This document shows positions 36,601-51,100 of a stretch of DNA of 64,000 nucleotides, piece by piece. How positions within the stretch are numbered: the first letter of the stretch is position 1; every line of letters begins with the position of its first letter. The notes below the pieces were generated by a model. The model did not search any database and was not told the origin of the DNA. It saw nothing but the letters and a program-made list of their open reading frames with translations. The position numbers and the translations under genes were made by a program. The stretch spans positions 2,744,422-2,808,421 of the forward strand of contig NC_092678.1 in the NCBI RefSeq assembly GCF_964355755.1, read 5' to 3'. Source of the stretch: Antedon mediterranea (Eukaryota; Animalia; Echinodermata).

Positions 36601-38966
36601 ATGGTTTTAACTTTACATTGTACACTGGTCTAGTACTAAATCAATTTATATTGTCAATGTTAAAGGTCACTAGTTATATAGTGTATTTCCCTAAATGTTT
36701 ATTGACCCTTAAAATTGTATAATAAACAATAGTAAGAGGCTAATGTCAATATATAAACTCTTCTCATTAGGAAATATTTGATCTATTTGTACATCGTAGA
36801 CTAGTACAGGTACACTAATATTGTACAAAATAAGTTTACTTAGAACTTCATTCCTATCATTATTTAAATTCTCAGTTATATTTCCCTAAATTGAACAAAC
36901 ATATGGTACTATGGTTAACAAAAACACAAATATAGTATGTTTATATATCCACTAGTGAATAGTCTATTATTAGTACACAATCGTACCAAGGTAATCTAAC
37001 AACAAGGTGCTTCAGAGATCAAAAGGTTTATCTATGGCTGCGACACAATCGGTTCCTTGCCCTTAAACAGACACTGCGTGCCATGAAGAATATGTACATT
37101 AGTACAGTACTGATCAGATCAACTGTGTGCCATGAAGAATATGTACATTAGTACAGTACTGATCAGATCAACTGTGTGCCATGAAGAATATGTACATTAG
37201 TACAGTACTGATCAGATCAACTGTGTGCCATGAAGAATATGTACATTAGTACAGTACTGATCAGATCAACTGTGTGCCATGAAGAATATGTACATTAGTA
37301 CAGTACTGATCAGATCAAAGTTTCTATCTTGGCAAGGCGAGCGCAATGTCCTGTTGTAGATTGCCTTGATCATATTAATAAAATACTGCACAGTCATTAA
37401 CAAATTTTTGCTTTAAAAACTTTTAAAATTAATAATCTCAGCTAGTTTTGATATATGATCGTCATGTATGAGTGTTTGTTTGACCCTTCGCATACTGGTA
37501 ACTAGGTACTGGTAACTAGGTAGTTGAAACTTTCATGCAGTAATGTCTTCCTTTCCCTTCTTGTTTTTTTTTGTTGCAAAGAATAAGAAAGCTATTTTTT
37601 GGCTCCTTTTCACACACACATACATTTTATTGTATTGTATTGTACTATTTATGTATGATGATGTGAATAAAGTTGATATCTATCTATCTAAGTTAGCTTC
37701 CTTTTGTGTACAGGGTTAATGGAAGTGAATTGTGCCAATTGTATACACATTCAGGTTGTGGTTTTTTAAAAGGATATATACTTAACCTCTGTATCCTATA
37801 CACATACAGGTATCAAGAATGCTAAGTAGTAAAGTTGATACACAAATAATAACAACATTGTCTACATTGATAGGATACTATTAAAAGACTACCTTACTAA
37901 ATCCAGGTGTAAGGTAACCCATTATAAAAGTCTACCCAATAATGGTTTTCTTTAAAAAAAATTAATCCTTGGTGATAGCCACCAAACCGCCGCACGTTGG
38001 TCCTTACTCTCTTATTACATAATTGCTGAAAAGGGATTTTTCAGGTAAAATATACGATGAAATTAAACCCCATCTGATACAGTAATAAAGGAAATAAATG
38101 ATTGATTAATTCCACAAATAAGAAGCCACCAGATGAGGGTCGATGCCCTTGAAATTATTTCTTTATTAATTAATTGTAAGTGTTATCACAAGAATTAGTT
38201 TTAATAATGTCATTTTTCATATTTTTAGTTTAATCTATATATTAAGGATTTTACTGCTTTAATTTTTACCTGATTTATCTTTTGGAAGCGAAAGTATGTA
38301 CAATTTCAACAATTGATTAAAAAATGACGATTGAAAACATTCAGTAGATTGTCATAACTGGTACTGGTACTGGTTCAAATAACCGTCTCACAGAGACATC
38401 TGGTAGCCATTGACTTAAAGTTGGCATTTGGATGTGTTACTTTTAAATGTACAGTACAAGAGTGACTACTACCAAATTGCACAGTCACAAAACAACTTAT
38501 AAAACAGTTCATATATACAGTTAAAACATTGCTGGGAATTATAAATTTCTGTTGAAGCAGGCTCCAGCTCCAACTGATTAGCAATGATTAAAAAAACTTG
38601 ATTCGCTTGACAAACCTGCCAATAATCTTGTCTGATCTGGCTGTAGTCCAGGTTCACATCCGATTACCTGCATTGAACAGATTTTATTTGCCACACCAAA
38701 GCCTGAATCACTCCAGGTGTGAAAGGCGCTTCAATACTTATTGACTTGCTGTAAAATTGTCATTGTTTCATGTATTTCAGGTTGCTATTTTGTTATACAC
38801 TGCAGATGTTCTTGTCCATTTTCTGTGGGAATTAAAAAAAGATCCAGACAATTTTTCAATACCTTACCTAACAGCATTAGGTGACTTACTAGGAACGGCA
38901 CTGTTAGCATTTGGTTTCTACATCGTCTGGGAAGTTGGTGACAAAGATAGTGACATAGGTGACTGA
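30694..38966 (+). CDS. SLC41A: SLC41 family (MgtE-like) Mg2+ transporter, exons 30694-31020, 31953-32060, 32324-32395, 32699-32843, 33266-33412, 33812-33959, 34654-34862, 35323-35471, 38781-38966
   Basis: Motifs [62 protein letters not shown] and [19 protein letters not shown]. Confidence 0.95.
32095..32221. mobile_element. PIF/Harbinger-like MITE, family 1
   Basis: TIR AGCTCTGTCTACACTA...TAGTGTTGACAGGGCT with TAA/TTA flanks. Related copies at about 53.2, 54.1, 57.7 and 61.2 kb. Confidence 0.75.
33648..33758. repeat. Dispersed repeat, second copy at about 35719-35832
   Basis: ccaggtaggcttacttcat...ttacgatcat.cgggaaattacct occurs in two SLC41 introns. Confidence 0.75.
33975..34190 (+). mobile_element. 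Degenerate SINE with a Deu-domain-like core
   Basis: ttaaaagaacccattacatattttgcaaagagtagggtgattcaccgg resembles the DeuSINE core as I recall it. Confidence 0.4.
37076..37318. repeat. 49-bp tandem repeat, 5 near-perfect copies
   Basis: ccatgaagaatatgtacattagtacagtactgatcagatcaa starts at 37081, 37130, 37179, 37228 and 37277. Confidence 0.95.
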
Positions 38967-40094
38967 AGCCCTCTTAAGGGTGAGTTCACACTGACCAAGG
39001 TACGCTTACAGAAATGGATAAGGTGCGTTGAACGCCAGCAGTCAGCATTGGACAATCGTCAATTCAATTGGTTTTCTGGGTACAAAAAGTAGGCCTACAG
39101 AGGTGGTGGAAGCAGATTTTAAGATTTGTAAAATGCAGAGCAAAGATCTTTAAGCTTATATGCACCTTTAAAAAATAAATAAAGCAAATTATATAACATA
39201 AGCAGTATGCATTATGGAAATAGTAACAAGAAAAAAGGTCACCATATACCACAGTCAGATACCAGCAAATTTAAAGCTGTTCACGGATGGTTTATTTATA
39301 AACTGAAAAGAATTATTTTTCAAAATTTAGGCCCAGCATGAGATAACAGTGAATTTGCAGAAATGTTTAATGGCAGTTGTCACAAATGGTTTATGATAAT
39401 TCAATTCAAGCACAGCCTATGCATATGCACCTTTGGAATGTCAGTTCCGGAAATGTTACAATGTTTTGAAAAAGATAGAATTTTTTTTTTATGTTGATGT
39501 TGTGAGACTGTATAAAAAGTGCCTATGTAAACAGTTACATTTGAAAAAGTGCAAATATTATGAACTCTTTGGAATCATCATGTGGTCTTTCTTTAATAAT
39601 TATGATTATATTAATTTTGTATAATGAAAACATTATTTATATTGATAGTAGTATACAATGTTTCGTGTGAGTTCCCTGATCTGTAAACACTTTAATATTG
39701 GACATTTTCTGTTTTAATCTATGAAATAATTTTATTTTTGGCACCTACACCATTACTGTAGTTTTAAATTCAATTTTAAAAATACAATATAGTTAGTAAC
39801 AACACAGATTTGTTCGATAAAATTAAGATGCAGTATATTTTTAATATACAGATTAAATGAACGCATGGAACATAATTATGAAATAAATATCAATATATGT
39901 CATTAATGATGTTTTGTTTTACATTAATATTTGTATACCATACAATAGACGTTGTGGTAGCTTCCGTAACAACGCCAACTTCCGAAATCAGCTTGGTCGC
40001 TTGCTTAGCAATTTGCAAAGGACGATGGTTTTAAAAGATTATATTTCGTTATCCAGGTTGAATTTTGTGTCCACTCTTAGATTTAACACACAAT

Positions 40095-40312
40095 TGTTTC
40101 TCTCAGCTGGATTACGTCGTTACGTTACGTCACATGACCGATTGAAAAACTCGTTTCTCTCGGCTGAATTTCATCAAACGACCGATTGAAAACTCGTTTC
40201 TCTCAGTAAAATTGCGTCACACGACCGATTGAAAAACTCGTTTCTATCGGCCGAATTTCGTCAAACGACCGATTGAAAAATTAAGTAAAATTGCGTCACA
40301 CGACCGTTGGAA
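40095..40312. repeat. Degenerate tandem repeat of about 40 bp (GACCGATTGAAAAACTCGTTTCTCTC)
   Basis: Five recurrences of gaccg(a/t)t(t/g)gaaaa. Confidence 0.8.
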
Positions 40313-41891
40313 AATTGTATACAATTTTATTATTACAAAATACTGGCGGTTGGTTCGTGAATGGGTGTGAATCATACTAATTGTGATTTAATTCTTAAAT
40401 ATTGTTTACTTACACAATGTGTTTATTGTCAACCTTTGTTGTGATATATAATGTTGCTTACATTGTATCAGGAGACAATACCAAATTACGAGTTTTTGTT
40501 GCGACTGTTTTTGTTCCCATGATAACAAAATCCGGAACAAAAATACGTTTCCGGTTTCCCTGTTGGAAAATGACATAATGATAATAAATTACTTGTTTGT
40601 TGGCTTATTTAATTGTATTTGCTTTTGTGTAATTAACATTTGATTTTGTGTAAAAGTTGATTGAACTTGGAAGTACTTGAATGGTTGTTTGTGTGCCGCT
40701 TAGCATGCAGTAAATGATCGTCTGTTTATGCATTATTATTATTACCGTATTGGATACTATTGTTATTACTTGTGTATTGTGTAGGCCTATTCAATCGTGT
40801 TTCCCTTGATATTTTATTACAGTTTGTATCATTACTACTACTATAGCGGCATGTATATAAGGTATATAGTGTTGCCCGAAAGCTATACTAACTTTTCTGG
40901 TTGTTTTACTTTATCGTTTTGATTTTAGCTTTTCGCTTTTTTTTGTATCTCCATTGACATTGTATTAGGAAATATCTTATATCTTTACTCACATTTTAAA
41001 AGTTGATTTAAATTGAATTACGAATAGGCGATAATTATCCATAATCCCCGGTCCGACGCGACACGAAATGATAATAATTGTATTGTGGATGATTGCCTTT
41101 TTTCACTGGTTAAAAACAATTTAAATCCATGACATTTGACAAAAACCACGACTACTTCGTTTTAACATCTTTCCTATAAATTGCCGGCCGTTTCACTCTG
41201 TCGTGTTATGTGTCACTTGTAGAACTTTAGGCCTATTGGGTGGGTGTGAATAATCAAGTGGAACGGCTGTCGGATACTGTAGAGAGGAAGTGACGTCGAA
41301 TCTCTTTGTTTCCTCTACAAAATGTCACACCTGGATATTTACATAATCTGATATTCGAAGCAAGTTTTACGTCACGTCAGAGGTTGTGGTCAATCATGTG
41401 TTTTAAAATATCTGGCCTTTCGTTCATGCATCGTGGCCGTTGTTTTTCTCCAACTGGTTGGAAATTAAAAGATTTCTTTTGTCGTGACCCCGGCCGGATA
41501 TTGCTTTCGTTTGCATCGTGGCAAATAAGGTCAGTTTAGTATAAGACCCATTTTAGGCCCTGTGTTTTAAAGCTGTTTCAAAAACGTAGCGCTTTTGATA
41601 TTAAGAAATTCGACATCCGGGTTCGACATAGCATACCAGCGTTAGGACAATGCGACCATTTCAAACACCAAGGCCCTACCTGTTATAGTTATATATGTAT
41701 AGTGGTGCCAAATTGCCTAATCGATCCGCGAATGTTAGTCTATGAGTATACATCCATGTAGTCGTGTAGAATTTCTTAGAAGAAACATTAAGGTGTCCCA
41801 TGTGTGCAAACTTGCCGTGTGGACCAGCTAAGTTCATACTACAACGGCACATATCCAGGTGGATATCCACATATGAGCACTGTTTCTATAA

Positions 41892-42017
41892 GCCTGGTTA
41901 GCGACGTAACGCAACGTAAGTGATTTGACCAATCACAAGCGATGGATTACTCGAACAGTCGCTTGTCATTGGTCAACTCGCGTCTACGTCTTTGCGCTGC
42001 GTCCTAGTGGGAACCAA
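41892..42017. mobile_element. Palindromic Harbinger-like MITE, family 2 (also about 44070-44335 and 46398-46544)
   Basis: Shared acgtaacgcaacgtaagtgatt.gaccaatcacaagcg...gcttgtcattggt and GGTTCCCACTA/TAGTGGGAACC ends. Confidence 0.7.
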
Positions 42018-42454
42018 CCAGGAGAAAGGTCCTCATTTTCGATGGCTATATAACCTCTCAAATGTGGAGATGACTCGCGTCGTGCTATCATTCTCTCCCC
42101 TTTTAACATGTTATCAATGCAATCGCTTCAAGTTGATAATATCTTTGTACTTGTAGCCTACATCAAGCAAGGGCCTATTGGGCGTTGGGGGTCAAAAAGC
42201 CACTAAAGTGTGTGCGTGGGCTACCCTTTGTGGGGCTATTGTACGAAATTGTAGGCCTACAGTATCAACATGAATTGCAGTAAATTTGATTTAAAAAAAT
42301 ATAAATACTCCCACGCATTTCCGATACAACATGGTTTTATTGTTGTGTATCCAAAGTGTCCATCCTTTGTAAAATAGTTAAGAAACAATCGAAAATGCTT
42401 GTCATGAACTGGCAACACCCTGCTAGTCTTAGTGCTGTATACCCGTTTATTTGA

Positions 42455-42852
42455 TCAATCTCAGTCAGTGCACTATTTTTTTTATTGTTATAATTTTCAC
42501 AAATATTTTAATGAGTAATAATGATATATCAATCGAGATCTCCGTATTAAAGGAAGAACGGTGGAAATATCTCCAAAGTTTCCGAATCGAATTTGCAATG
42601 TTGTCAGTCTTTGTGTTCATTTTAATGATCTCTTTACAATGATATACCGGTACTGTATATAAATTAGTCAGTGCACTACTTGTATTGTTATAATTTCCAG
42701 AGTATTTTAATGAGTGATATATGGTTTATTAATCTATCCGTATTAAAGCTAGATCGGCGATTGCAAGCAATATCTCCAAACTTTCCGAATCAAAATTGCA
42801 ATTTTGTCAGTTCATTTTAATGATCTCTTTAAAATGATACTGTATATAAATT
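42455..42852. repeat. Diverged tandem duplication of about 200 bp
   Basis: agtcagtgcacta...tccgtattaaag...atatctccaaa.tttccgaatc...tactgtatataaatta occurs twice. Confidence 0.75.
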
Positions 42853-43462
42853 ATAAATATTTAACAAGCAATTCTTCTGGCAGTCGTACGTGCCTCATTT
42901 TATGACATAACCCTCAGTTGTTAAATTTCATTTTCATTTGTATGAAATCCTCAAGGACGATCTTGAGAGGATCATATTTTGTTTACAATCTTCCGTAAAG
43001 GTATTAAATGATTACATTCCTTCAGTATTTGTGTGTATTAATTAACGTATTACCTAAATTCATTTAATCAGCGTCGTGATCTTGAATACTTGTGACGTAG
43101 TGGTTTTTGAACGTGGAAGTCCTGAAGTTCACCCGGATGTGGTTGCTAAACTTCCGGGAAAAGACTAGAAGAATTTCCTCAGTGTTTCAGCGTCTTAACG
43201 TATTTCAACGAATGAAACTTATTGTAAAACAGAATGTTCTGGGTTCATTACCCTCGCGAGTATTAATTTGGTTTCCATATATTTATTATTATAATCATTT
43301 TCATTGACAGTAGGCCTATTTTGTAGATTTGTAACTTCTAAACAGGTAGGCCTATGTTATTAAATATGTTTATTGTTTTGACAATTTACAAATATGTAAT
43401 TTACGGCATTTTATATAAAAGAATCACAGCAAAAAAAATGTAAAAATTACATATATTTATTA

Positions 43463-43650
43463 AGGCCGATTTACACAGACGAGCGGTAACGGTAATACAT
43501 TAACAAAATATAACCTATTCCTTTTGAACATTTACACAAAACGCGGAGCGGACTGGCGGTTTACGCTCAGGATAGATATAGATACTACGTAGGGAACTAC
43601 TACGCGGTTTCTCGCTTACCGTTACCGCTCTCGTCTGTGTAAATTGGCCT
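43463..43650. mobile_element. PIF/Harbinger-like MITE
   Basis: TIR AGGCCGATTTACACAGACGAG...CTCGTCTGTGTAAATTGGCCT with TTA on both sides. Confidence 0.85.
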
Positions 43651-44080
43651 TTAGTACAGTGGAGTCTATTGACTTTCTAGAGATGCCATGACAAATCCAG
43701 ACGAATAAATGCATATTAAATAAAACCAGGACGCATACCATACGCCTACGGAATAAATAAACAAACCAGCTCAACCACAATTGTAAGAAAATATAGCTTT
43801 TTAATAAATGCAAACAAATACAAACAAGTACAAATAATTAATATACAAGGTCTTTTATTAAATACTGTATTATTCATGTAAGCTCAAGCTTAATTTGTTT
43901 TTCTTTTAGCTTTTAGCAAGCAATGGCATAATTAATTATTACTTATAGTACTGTAATGCCAAATGAAGTCTCCCTCTAGTAAGACCGAGTGGATGTGTTT
44001 CCACCTATATTTGCGTTTATCCATGCAATACAAAATTGGCCCTTATAATTATATTCCGTCCCTAAAATTCGTTCACACTT

Positions 44081-44216
44081 GGGACGGATTGCAATAAGGT
44101 ATTAGGCTAGACTTATAGACTTAAGCTCAAGATTAAACCCTTGGCTACGATCGTCTTAGATTTGAGACCATTGCAATAAGAAGCCTAAGCCTGTCTTTAT
44201 ATTGCAATCCGTCCCT
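44081..44216. mobile_element. MITE nested in the terminus of a family-2 MITE
   Basis: 16-bp TIR GGGACGGATTGCAATA/TATTGCAATCCGTCCC splits gttcacact|ggacgcaacgca. Confidence 0.7.
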
Positions 44217-45142
44217 GGACGCAACGCAGAAAGTTCGGCGTAACGCCGCGTGTAGACCAATGACGATTAGGCCTACACATAATCCATCCTTGTGATTGGT
44301 CAAATTACTTGCGTTACGCTTACGTCATTACGTTCTATAAATGTCTTAATTGAAAGGATCGGAGACTGGTGTTAATGGCGCTGCACGCACCTACTAAATT
44401 CCTAGTTCTCTTTGAGAACATTTTTTTTAAACTTTCGATGAAAGCTTTTAAGCGTTTTTAAACGTACGCATTTAAAAACATGTTTTATCCTTCTATTATT
44501 TATACAAAAGCATGCAAAAATCCGATTAATTACCAAGTAGGCTACATATAAGATAGAAATATTAGCTAAAATTCACTAGGCCCATTCTCCAGTGAAACAA
44601 TTAAGTTAAAAAGGCAGTTTTTTAAAATTTAAAAAAACAATACTTGTGAAGTTTATTTTCGCTATCTTACTTAATAATGCCACAACCGAAAATGATTAAA
44701 AACCCTGACAGTGTACTACTGTACTTTATGTACATATCACTATACACACCGTATTACACGTTGCCACCATGCGTGCGATATCACGCGTTGCGTGGGTGTG
44801 TACCCTTATCGTCTTTTATTTCCATTTATGTTCAAGTACTGTAAATGATTGTTTCCGATGACCAAGATAACAAAATGCAGGTGATATAAAGTCTCTATTT
44901 CTCCATGGTTGTTATTGTTAAGTTAAGTGCACACAGTTTCGTTGTGCCGGCCACGGGTTAACATGCGCCGTTCATTTTTTTTTTAAACCAAAAGTTCAGT
45001 TCGTCAGCATTCGACTATATCTTTGTATTTCACGTAGGCCATACTAAAATCAAATTACCACCAGGCCTATGTACCTCTGCAAGATCGTCCAAAAACAGAG
45101 TTGTCCGTTAGTTTATTCGTCACTGCTGTACATCATCAGTGA

Positions 45143-48100
45143 TCATGGTAGGCCTTCAAAACGTACATATCTACGATTGCTATAGTCTGTCTGTGTGTTT
45201 AGCCCCACTGGATAATTGTATCTGCGATGTTCAATGCTATCGTCTGCCTCCGCCTCCCCATGGTATCGCGCGCAGTGATGGCATGACCTACAGTTCTTTA
45301 GCAGACTTCGCGTCTCATCTAATTCACTTTGAATTGTTTTAAGTTCATCTTTTGTTCGCTTATAGTCTTGCAGTAAAGTTCCAATGGTTTCTTCTAAGTA
45401 TTGTAGTCTATTTGATTCGTTTGGTTCTATGTTTAACTTTTTAGATGAGTCTGTAAACGCACTACTCTCGCCGACCACACTAAGATCATTTTCAAACTCT
45501 TGAATGCCAAGAAATTGGTATTCTCCGTTGCTTATCCCATTCAACCATGCGTTGGATTGCCTAGATGGTATAGGTACAGAATTGCGTCTATAAAATGCAA
45601 TGTTTTCTCTTCGGTATTGAGTTTGTCTTGGAGGCAAACCATTATTTGTTGGATGAACAACGTTGTTTTTACTGATACCTAAAAAGGAAATTAATATTTA
45701 TTAATATTAATAATATTCTATTATACGAATCATTTAATTTATATGCCATCGTCATCATTATAATCATCCCTGTTCATCAATATTGATATAATCATTCAAT
45801 GCTAAGTAATAGAATCGGTGTTTTCACCATTGTCACTAATCGTCAACATTAGTCACCAATAATTGCCACTGTCAACACATTATTACTCATCATGGCTATC
45901 AACATTTTCACCATTCGACAATATATCGTCATCCTCATCGGAATCACATTTATTTACAAAAACAACATTACCATCGCAGTTAGTTCCTATCAACATTTCT
46001 TAGGTCCAAAGCACCACATATATTCCTCCATTGTTAGTCCTCTTCAATTTTGTCATTCAATTTTTTTTTTCCTGTTTTTTGATGTATATCAAAAAGTAAG
46101 GCAATTTTACAAACCTTCAAAAAAGAGCTTGTTAAAATAACTGATTACGTCATCTGATCCTTCTTTTTCTGCCTCTTGTATGGCGTTTCTACCCTTTGAA
46201 TTAAGCAACGTGACGTCAGTGCCGGCCTCGATGAGTGCCTTCACAACACCTAGATGGTTTCCTGTTGACGCTAAGTGTAACGCAGTATCTCCAAAATGCG
46301 TTTGTTCGTTGGGCTTACAGTTGTGACTTAAGAGAAGTCTGGAAGAAAACAATTTAACAATTCATTTAGTAAATCTAACGTAAAGAATCTTATATTTTGG
46401 TTCCCACTACAGACGCAACACAAGAACGTAACGCAACGTAAGTGATTCGACCAATCACAAGCGATTATTTAAACTGTTGCTTGTCATTGGTAAACTTGCT
46501 TGCGTTGCGTCTACGTCCTCGCGTTGCGTTTCTAGTGATGACCAAACGACCAAAAAAAGTTTCCCCTATTTGGTTTTGTTACTATATTAGGGCCTATATA
46601 CCATATTGTAAATATAATTGTGTTGCAATTGTATTATCAATAGTATATTGTATTTGATCGTTTTTGTCTTAGTGTGTAGGCCTATATGCGATTCAACTTT
46701 GTTTCTTCATGTTCGGGTTAGGCCCAATTAAACCGTAATATACTCTAATTAAATATAGGCCCTTTTCATACAGTATATTAATCATCTTTCACTGAAATTG
46801 TTCGTGAGTAAAAGTGATTGTTTTTGTTTTGCAAACAATAAATAAAATAGACCTATACTCTGAAACTGAAATGTATGAAAGACCGGAACTGTTTTTATTT
46901 TTATTTTTGATTCATAACCATCTTCCACTATTGTTATACTGAAATTATTCGTGAATAAAAGTAATTGTAGTTTTTAAATTGTTTTTGTTATGCAAATAGA
47001 AACTTAAACACGTAATAGTGAATCAGAAATTATAAAAGAATTGTTTAATTCCAAGAGTGTATAGGGAGCACGTTTCCTGATCCGCCAGAGTGAGTCAGTC
47101 GGTGAATGTGTATGGATAAATCCATTCCATTATGGAAGCACTTAGAACGTGAACTTAACAACCGGGAACTTAAACATTTACAACAAATTAAAACCTACAC
47201 ATCCGGATTGGTGGTATGCCCGGTGGTATGTTGATTGAAACAGAGGATAACCGGTAGTAATCAAAAGATCCGTTTGTGGAATAATTAGCACTTGAAACCA
47301 AGATGAATAAACACAAAAAAATGGAGGCGTTGGCACATTTGCAACGATCACATCACCCACCCACCCACCCCTCTTCAATTAGAGTTTATTTCAGAATCAT
47401 ACTTCGGTAGTGTAAAAGGTCTACTAGAGGGGTAGTAATCTTACTAAGTTTTGGGTCATAATGACATTTGGTAGCTTTCCGTTAGCTTTCCGTTAACTAT
47501 CAACAATATAGGAAGTATTTATATTACTAGGATCAATAGAAATCTTTGTTGAGGGATGGGTTGATCTCCCAATGGAAGTGACGTCATATAATTTTTCGCT
47601 TGAATGGGCAACGTGCTCAGTCAAATCCTCGGATCATTGTTACTGTTATGTATAGCAATTCATATTGACGTCATACGCCTTAAGTTTTGACATTTGAAAT
47701 ACAATAAGGTATAGGTTTGTTAGCTCGTTTTGCGTAGGGGTACAAATACTGTAAAATGAACCCCTCCCATTTATAAACATTTAATTCAATCATAGATAAT
47801 ATAATTTAACAATAGAATTGATGATTTGACAATATTTCATTCTTTGATATTGAACATAACATTTTGGATAGACTTTGGAATTTAAGGCGGTAAACTGAGT
47901 TTGTCTTTTCTAGTCCATTCATAGGCCTATTTATTACTGACTGACTGCTAACTGATTTAGGACCTATGTATGGTACGCTCGATCGGTGCACTGTTACGGT
48001 TATAAAAATACTATCAATGGAAAAATGATTAATTTTATCGTATTATGTATGCATTTATTTATACATAATACAACATAAAATATATATATAAAACGATTAA

Positions 48101-51100
48101 TATTTTTGAAATTTGAAAACTAATCGTAAGACAAAAATAAAAACTCTGAAAAAAATTAAGAATACATTTTAAAATTTATATTAAAAGTAGGAGGTGTGGA
48201 AACTTGTAACATCATCTACTGGAAACTGCTGTACTGTATACCAAATTATACCATAAAACCTAAAAATAGAACAGTGTTTGCACTGTGATGTATAATGTAA
48301 CGGTCCCTTGGATGTTAACTTAAACCGTACCAGGTACATTACGACGTACGAACGGCCGGTATATATCGGAAACTAGTGTTCCTCAAGGATTATAGTATAG
48401 GTCTACTTTAGATGTAAAAGATAACTGAACAAGCTGTTATATTATTTGCTTATTTAAATAATTTTTATTTTTTTTAACCATATTTAATGAGGGTGATCCA
48501 CCCAGCTAATGCTGATCATTAGGGACCCTCAGAGGTTCACAAGACAAACATATACACAAGATGCTCTACATAAACAAAGTCTTATTACAAGTCTTTGGGA
48601 GTGGAGTTGTAAAATCCTAACATGTGACGGGACTTGAACCCAGGACCCTTGGAGTGGTAACCAAGCATCATAACCACAAAGCCACAACTCCACATCAATA
48701 ATGATGTACATATATGATGTAAAGTAACCGCACTAACACATCCTATTTACTAATTACTTGCATTAATTTTCATTTCATGAGTGTTGATCATCGGAAGCCA
48801 TTTTCACATGATGTTCCAAATACAAATACCGTATTTATTTGCATAAACGCCTCTCCAAATAAAAACACCCCCCCCCCCCAACATCATATTGAGAGTAAAC
48901 GCCCCGCCACATGCACTATATACATAATATTGTATTACAATACATATTTACTTGTAGTAGAATTCATTGGATTTACATGATCTACAATTTACCCAGCATT
49001 ATGTTGTATTTTTTTTTTTATATCTAGGGGATATTTATTTGATTTATGTTACCGTGCATATTACACACACGTGACAAAATAAAAGCCTCCCCCGAATAAA
49101 CTCCTCCTCCCCCCCCCCTACAAACCCCGGGCGTTTATTCGAATAAATACGGTAAATATAACAAGGATGATGAATATGAGGAGAGACATCATGTGAATAG
49201 GCTAAATTTTACTACAAAGAAAGTTCTTTTACCTTACTAATTTCTCGTGGCCTGCGTGTGAAGCTGCGTGTAATGGCGTGGCCAACCATTTAGTTTTGAT
49301 ATCTACACGTGCGTGGTTAGCCAATAGACAACTGGCTATTACAAGATCCCCCTTCACACACGCACAGTATAAGGGAGACTCAAAAGTTCGACCGTCTTGT
49401 TGATTTACCAATTCCTTTGTTCCTTCGTACGTCAAAAATTGTTCAACATCTTGTATATTCCCTTTTTTCACTGCCGTAATAAATGAAGACATCACCGCAC
49501 TTTCAAGCTAAGTTTGAAAATAAAATATCAATATATTAGTCTCACGTTTTGTATTGATAATTCTATTCCTAACGTTGATTGGCCCGTGGGAGTATTAGTC
49601 AGATGGCCAATCAGCGTTGCGGAGCGTGTAACTATAAACATTTATAAACATTAGTAGTACTTGGATTCAAGAGGAGTGGGTAGACTTGGATTCAAGAGGA
49701 GTGGGTAGACTAAGTTTATTATTCTAATTGGATTAATTGAGGTTTAATAGGCCTAGAAAATAAATAATAAGATGTGTTGGTGTGCTCAAAGTACCTAACA
49801 TTTGTTAATTGCTCAGAATGTTTCGTTTTACCCTCCCACGTTTCGGGATAAGGCATTTGACACCCGTCAAATACACCGACGATGCAATTTCGTGGTCGCT
49901 TTAATTGGCGCATAAACAAATATAGGCCTAAGTCTAATACAAATAATAAATTTGCAATATCATAATTATTAACTAATCAATGTCATTGTTAAATATAGTA
50001 GCAATTCAACTTTAACACGATTGGAAACGTTTTTTTTACTCTAATTAAATATAAAGCACAGTAGAACTCTTGTGGCACCCCTATATATTCAGGGGATTGT
50101 ACCCCTATGTATGGGGATTATACCCCTATATATTCAGGGGATTGTACCCCTATGTAGTATGGGCGAAATTTCTCGTGAAGCCAATACTTATTTAGAGGAC
50201 ACTCCTATTTACTGGAAGACTTAGTTGGGTAAACTGTGTTGTAGGCCTACGAAATTAAGGACGCAATGAACAAACAGGCCTATCGGAAAAAGCGGTAAAA
50301 AAAATTGGGATATTTTTGGTGCTCTGAAAGGTTACCAAAAGGTGAATTAAAAAGACAAATAATACTATTAACTTACACGGTTAAACAGTTTGTTTGTTGT
50401 TTATGCTACATAAACAGATAATAAACACAAAGCTAAGGGGATATTGACATCAAAGATGGCGCTATTTTATTAGAATTTCTAAATGAACTTTGAGAGTAAA
50501 AGGAACTGTGATTCACAAGGATTGAAATCCTTGTAAAATTTAACTAATTCTACGTACGGTATTATAAAAACGGGAAACTACTTTTGCTGAAACTGTTATA
50601 AATATGACCCCGTGACTCACAGATAAGGATGTAAGTTAGTTAATATGCTTTTGGTTGCCTGTTTTTTAAATATAGACACAGTAATGACAATTTGTTAAAT
50701 AAATTTATAGAGGAGACTTGTACTTGATATAATATTTTATGTAATTAATATTGTTAAAAATACAAAAATATAATAAAATATCATAGATAATAAAATATTG
50801 ATTAATTTTAAGAGATAATATAATAGAGGGCTGGCGAAAAATAGTAGTCGTAGAAAGATATACAAATATTATGGACACGCGCGCGCTTATACGTACAAAG
50901 AATGCGTAAAAACAGAAAGTGTGAAATTCGAAACAACTTTCTAGGTAATTATGATAAAAAATATATTTGTAAACATTGACCCAAATTAATATTTTAATAC
51001 TATTGACTTTATTGAGAATCTTGTCATGAAGTCAATAGGCCTACTTTAATAATCGAATAGGCGCGCCTACGTTAACAAGACCGCATTTAGTATTACAAAA

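Noticed and set aside
37076-37318. Tandem C/D snoRNAs (ATGAAGA...CTGA)
   Set aside because: The boxes are only about 20 nt apart and the copies are identical, which fits a simple recent tandem duplication.
36100-37400. Possible very degenerate LINE reverse transcriptase in the SLC41 intron
   Set aside because: Only faint motif echoes with many stops; not supportable without an alignment.
48610-48693. tRNA gene
   Set aside because: The stems are imperfect, it continues into a SINE body, and a related decayed copy exists at 8.4 kb.
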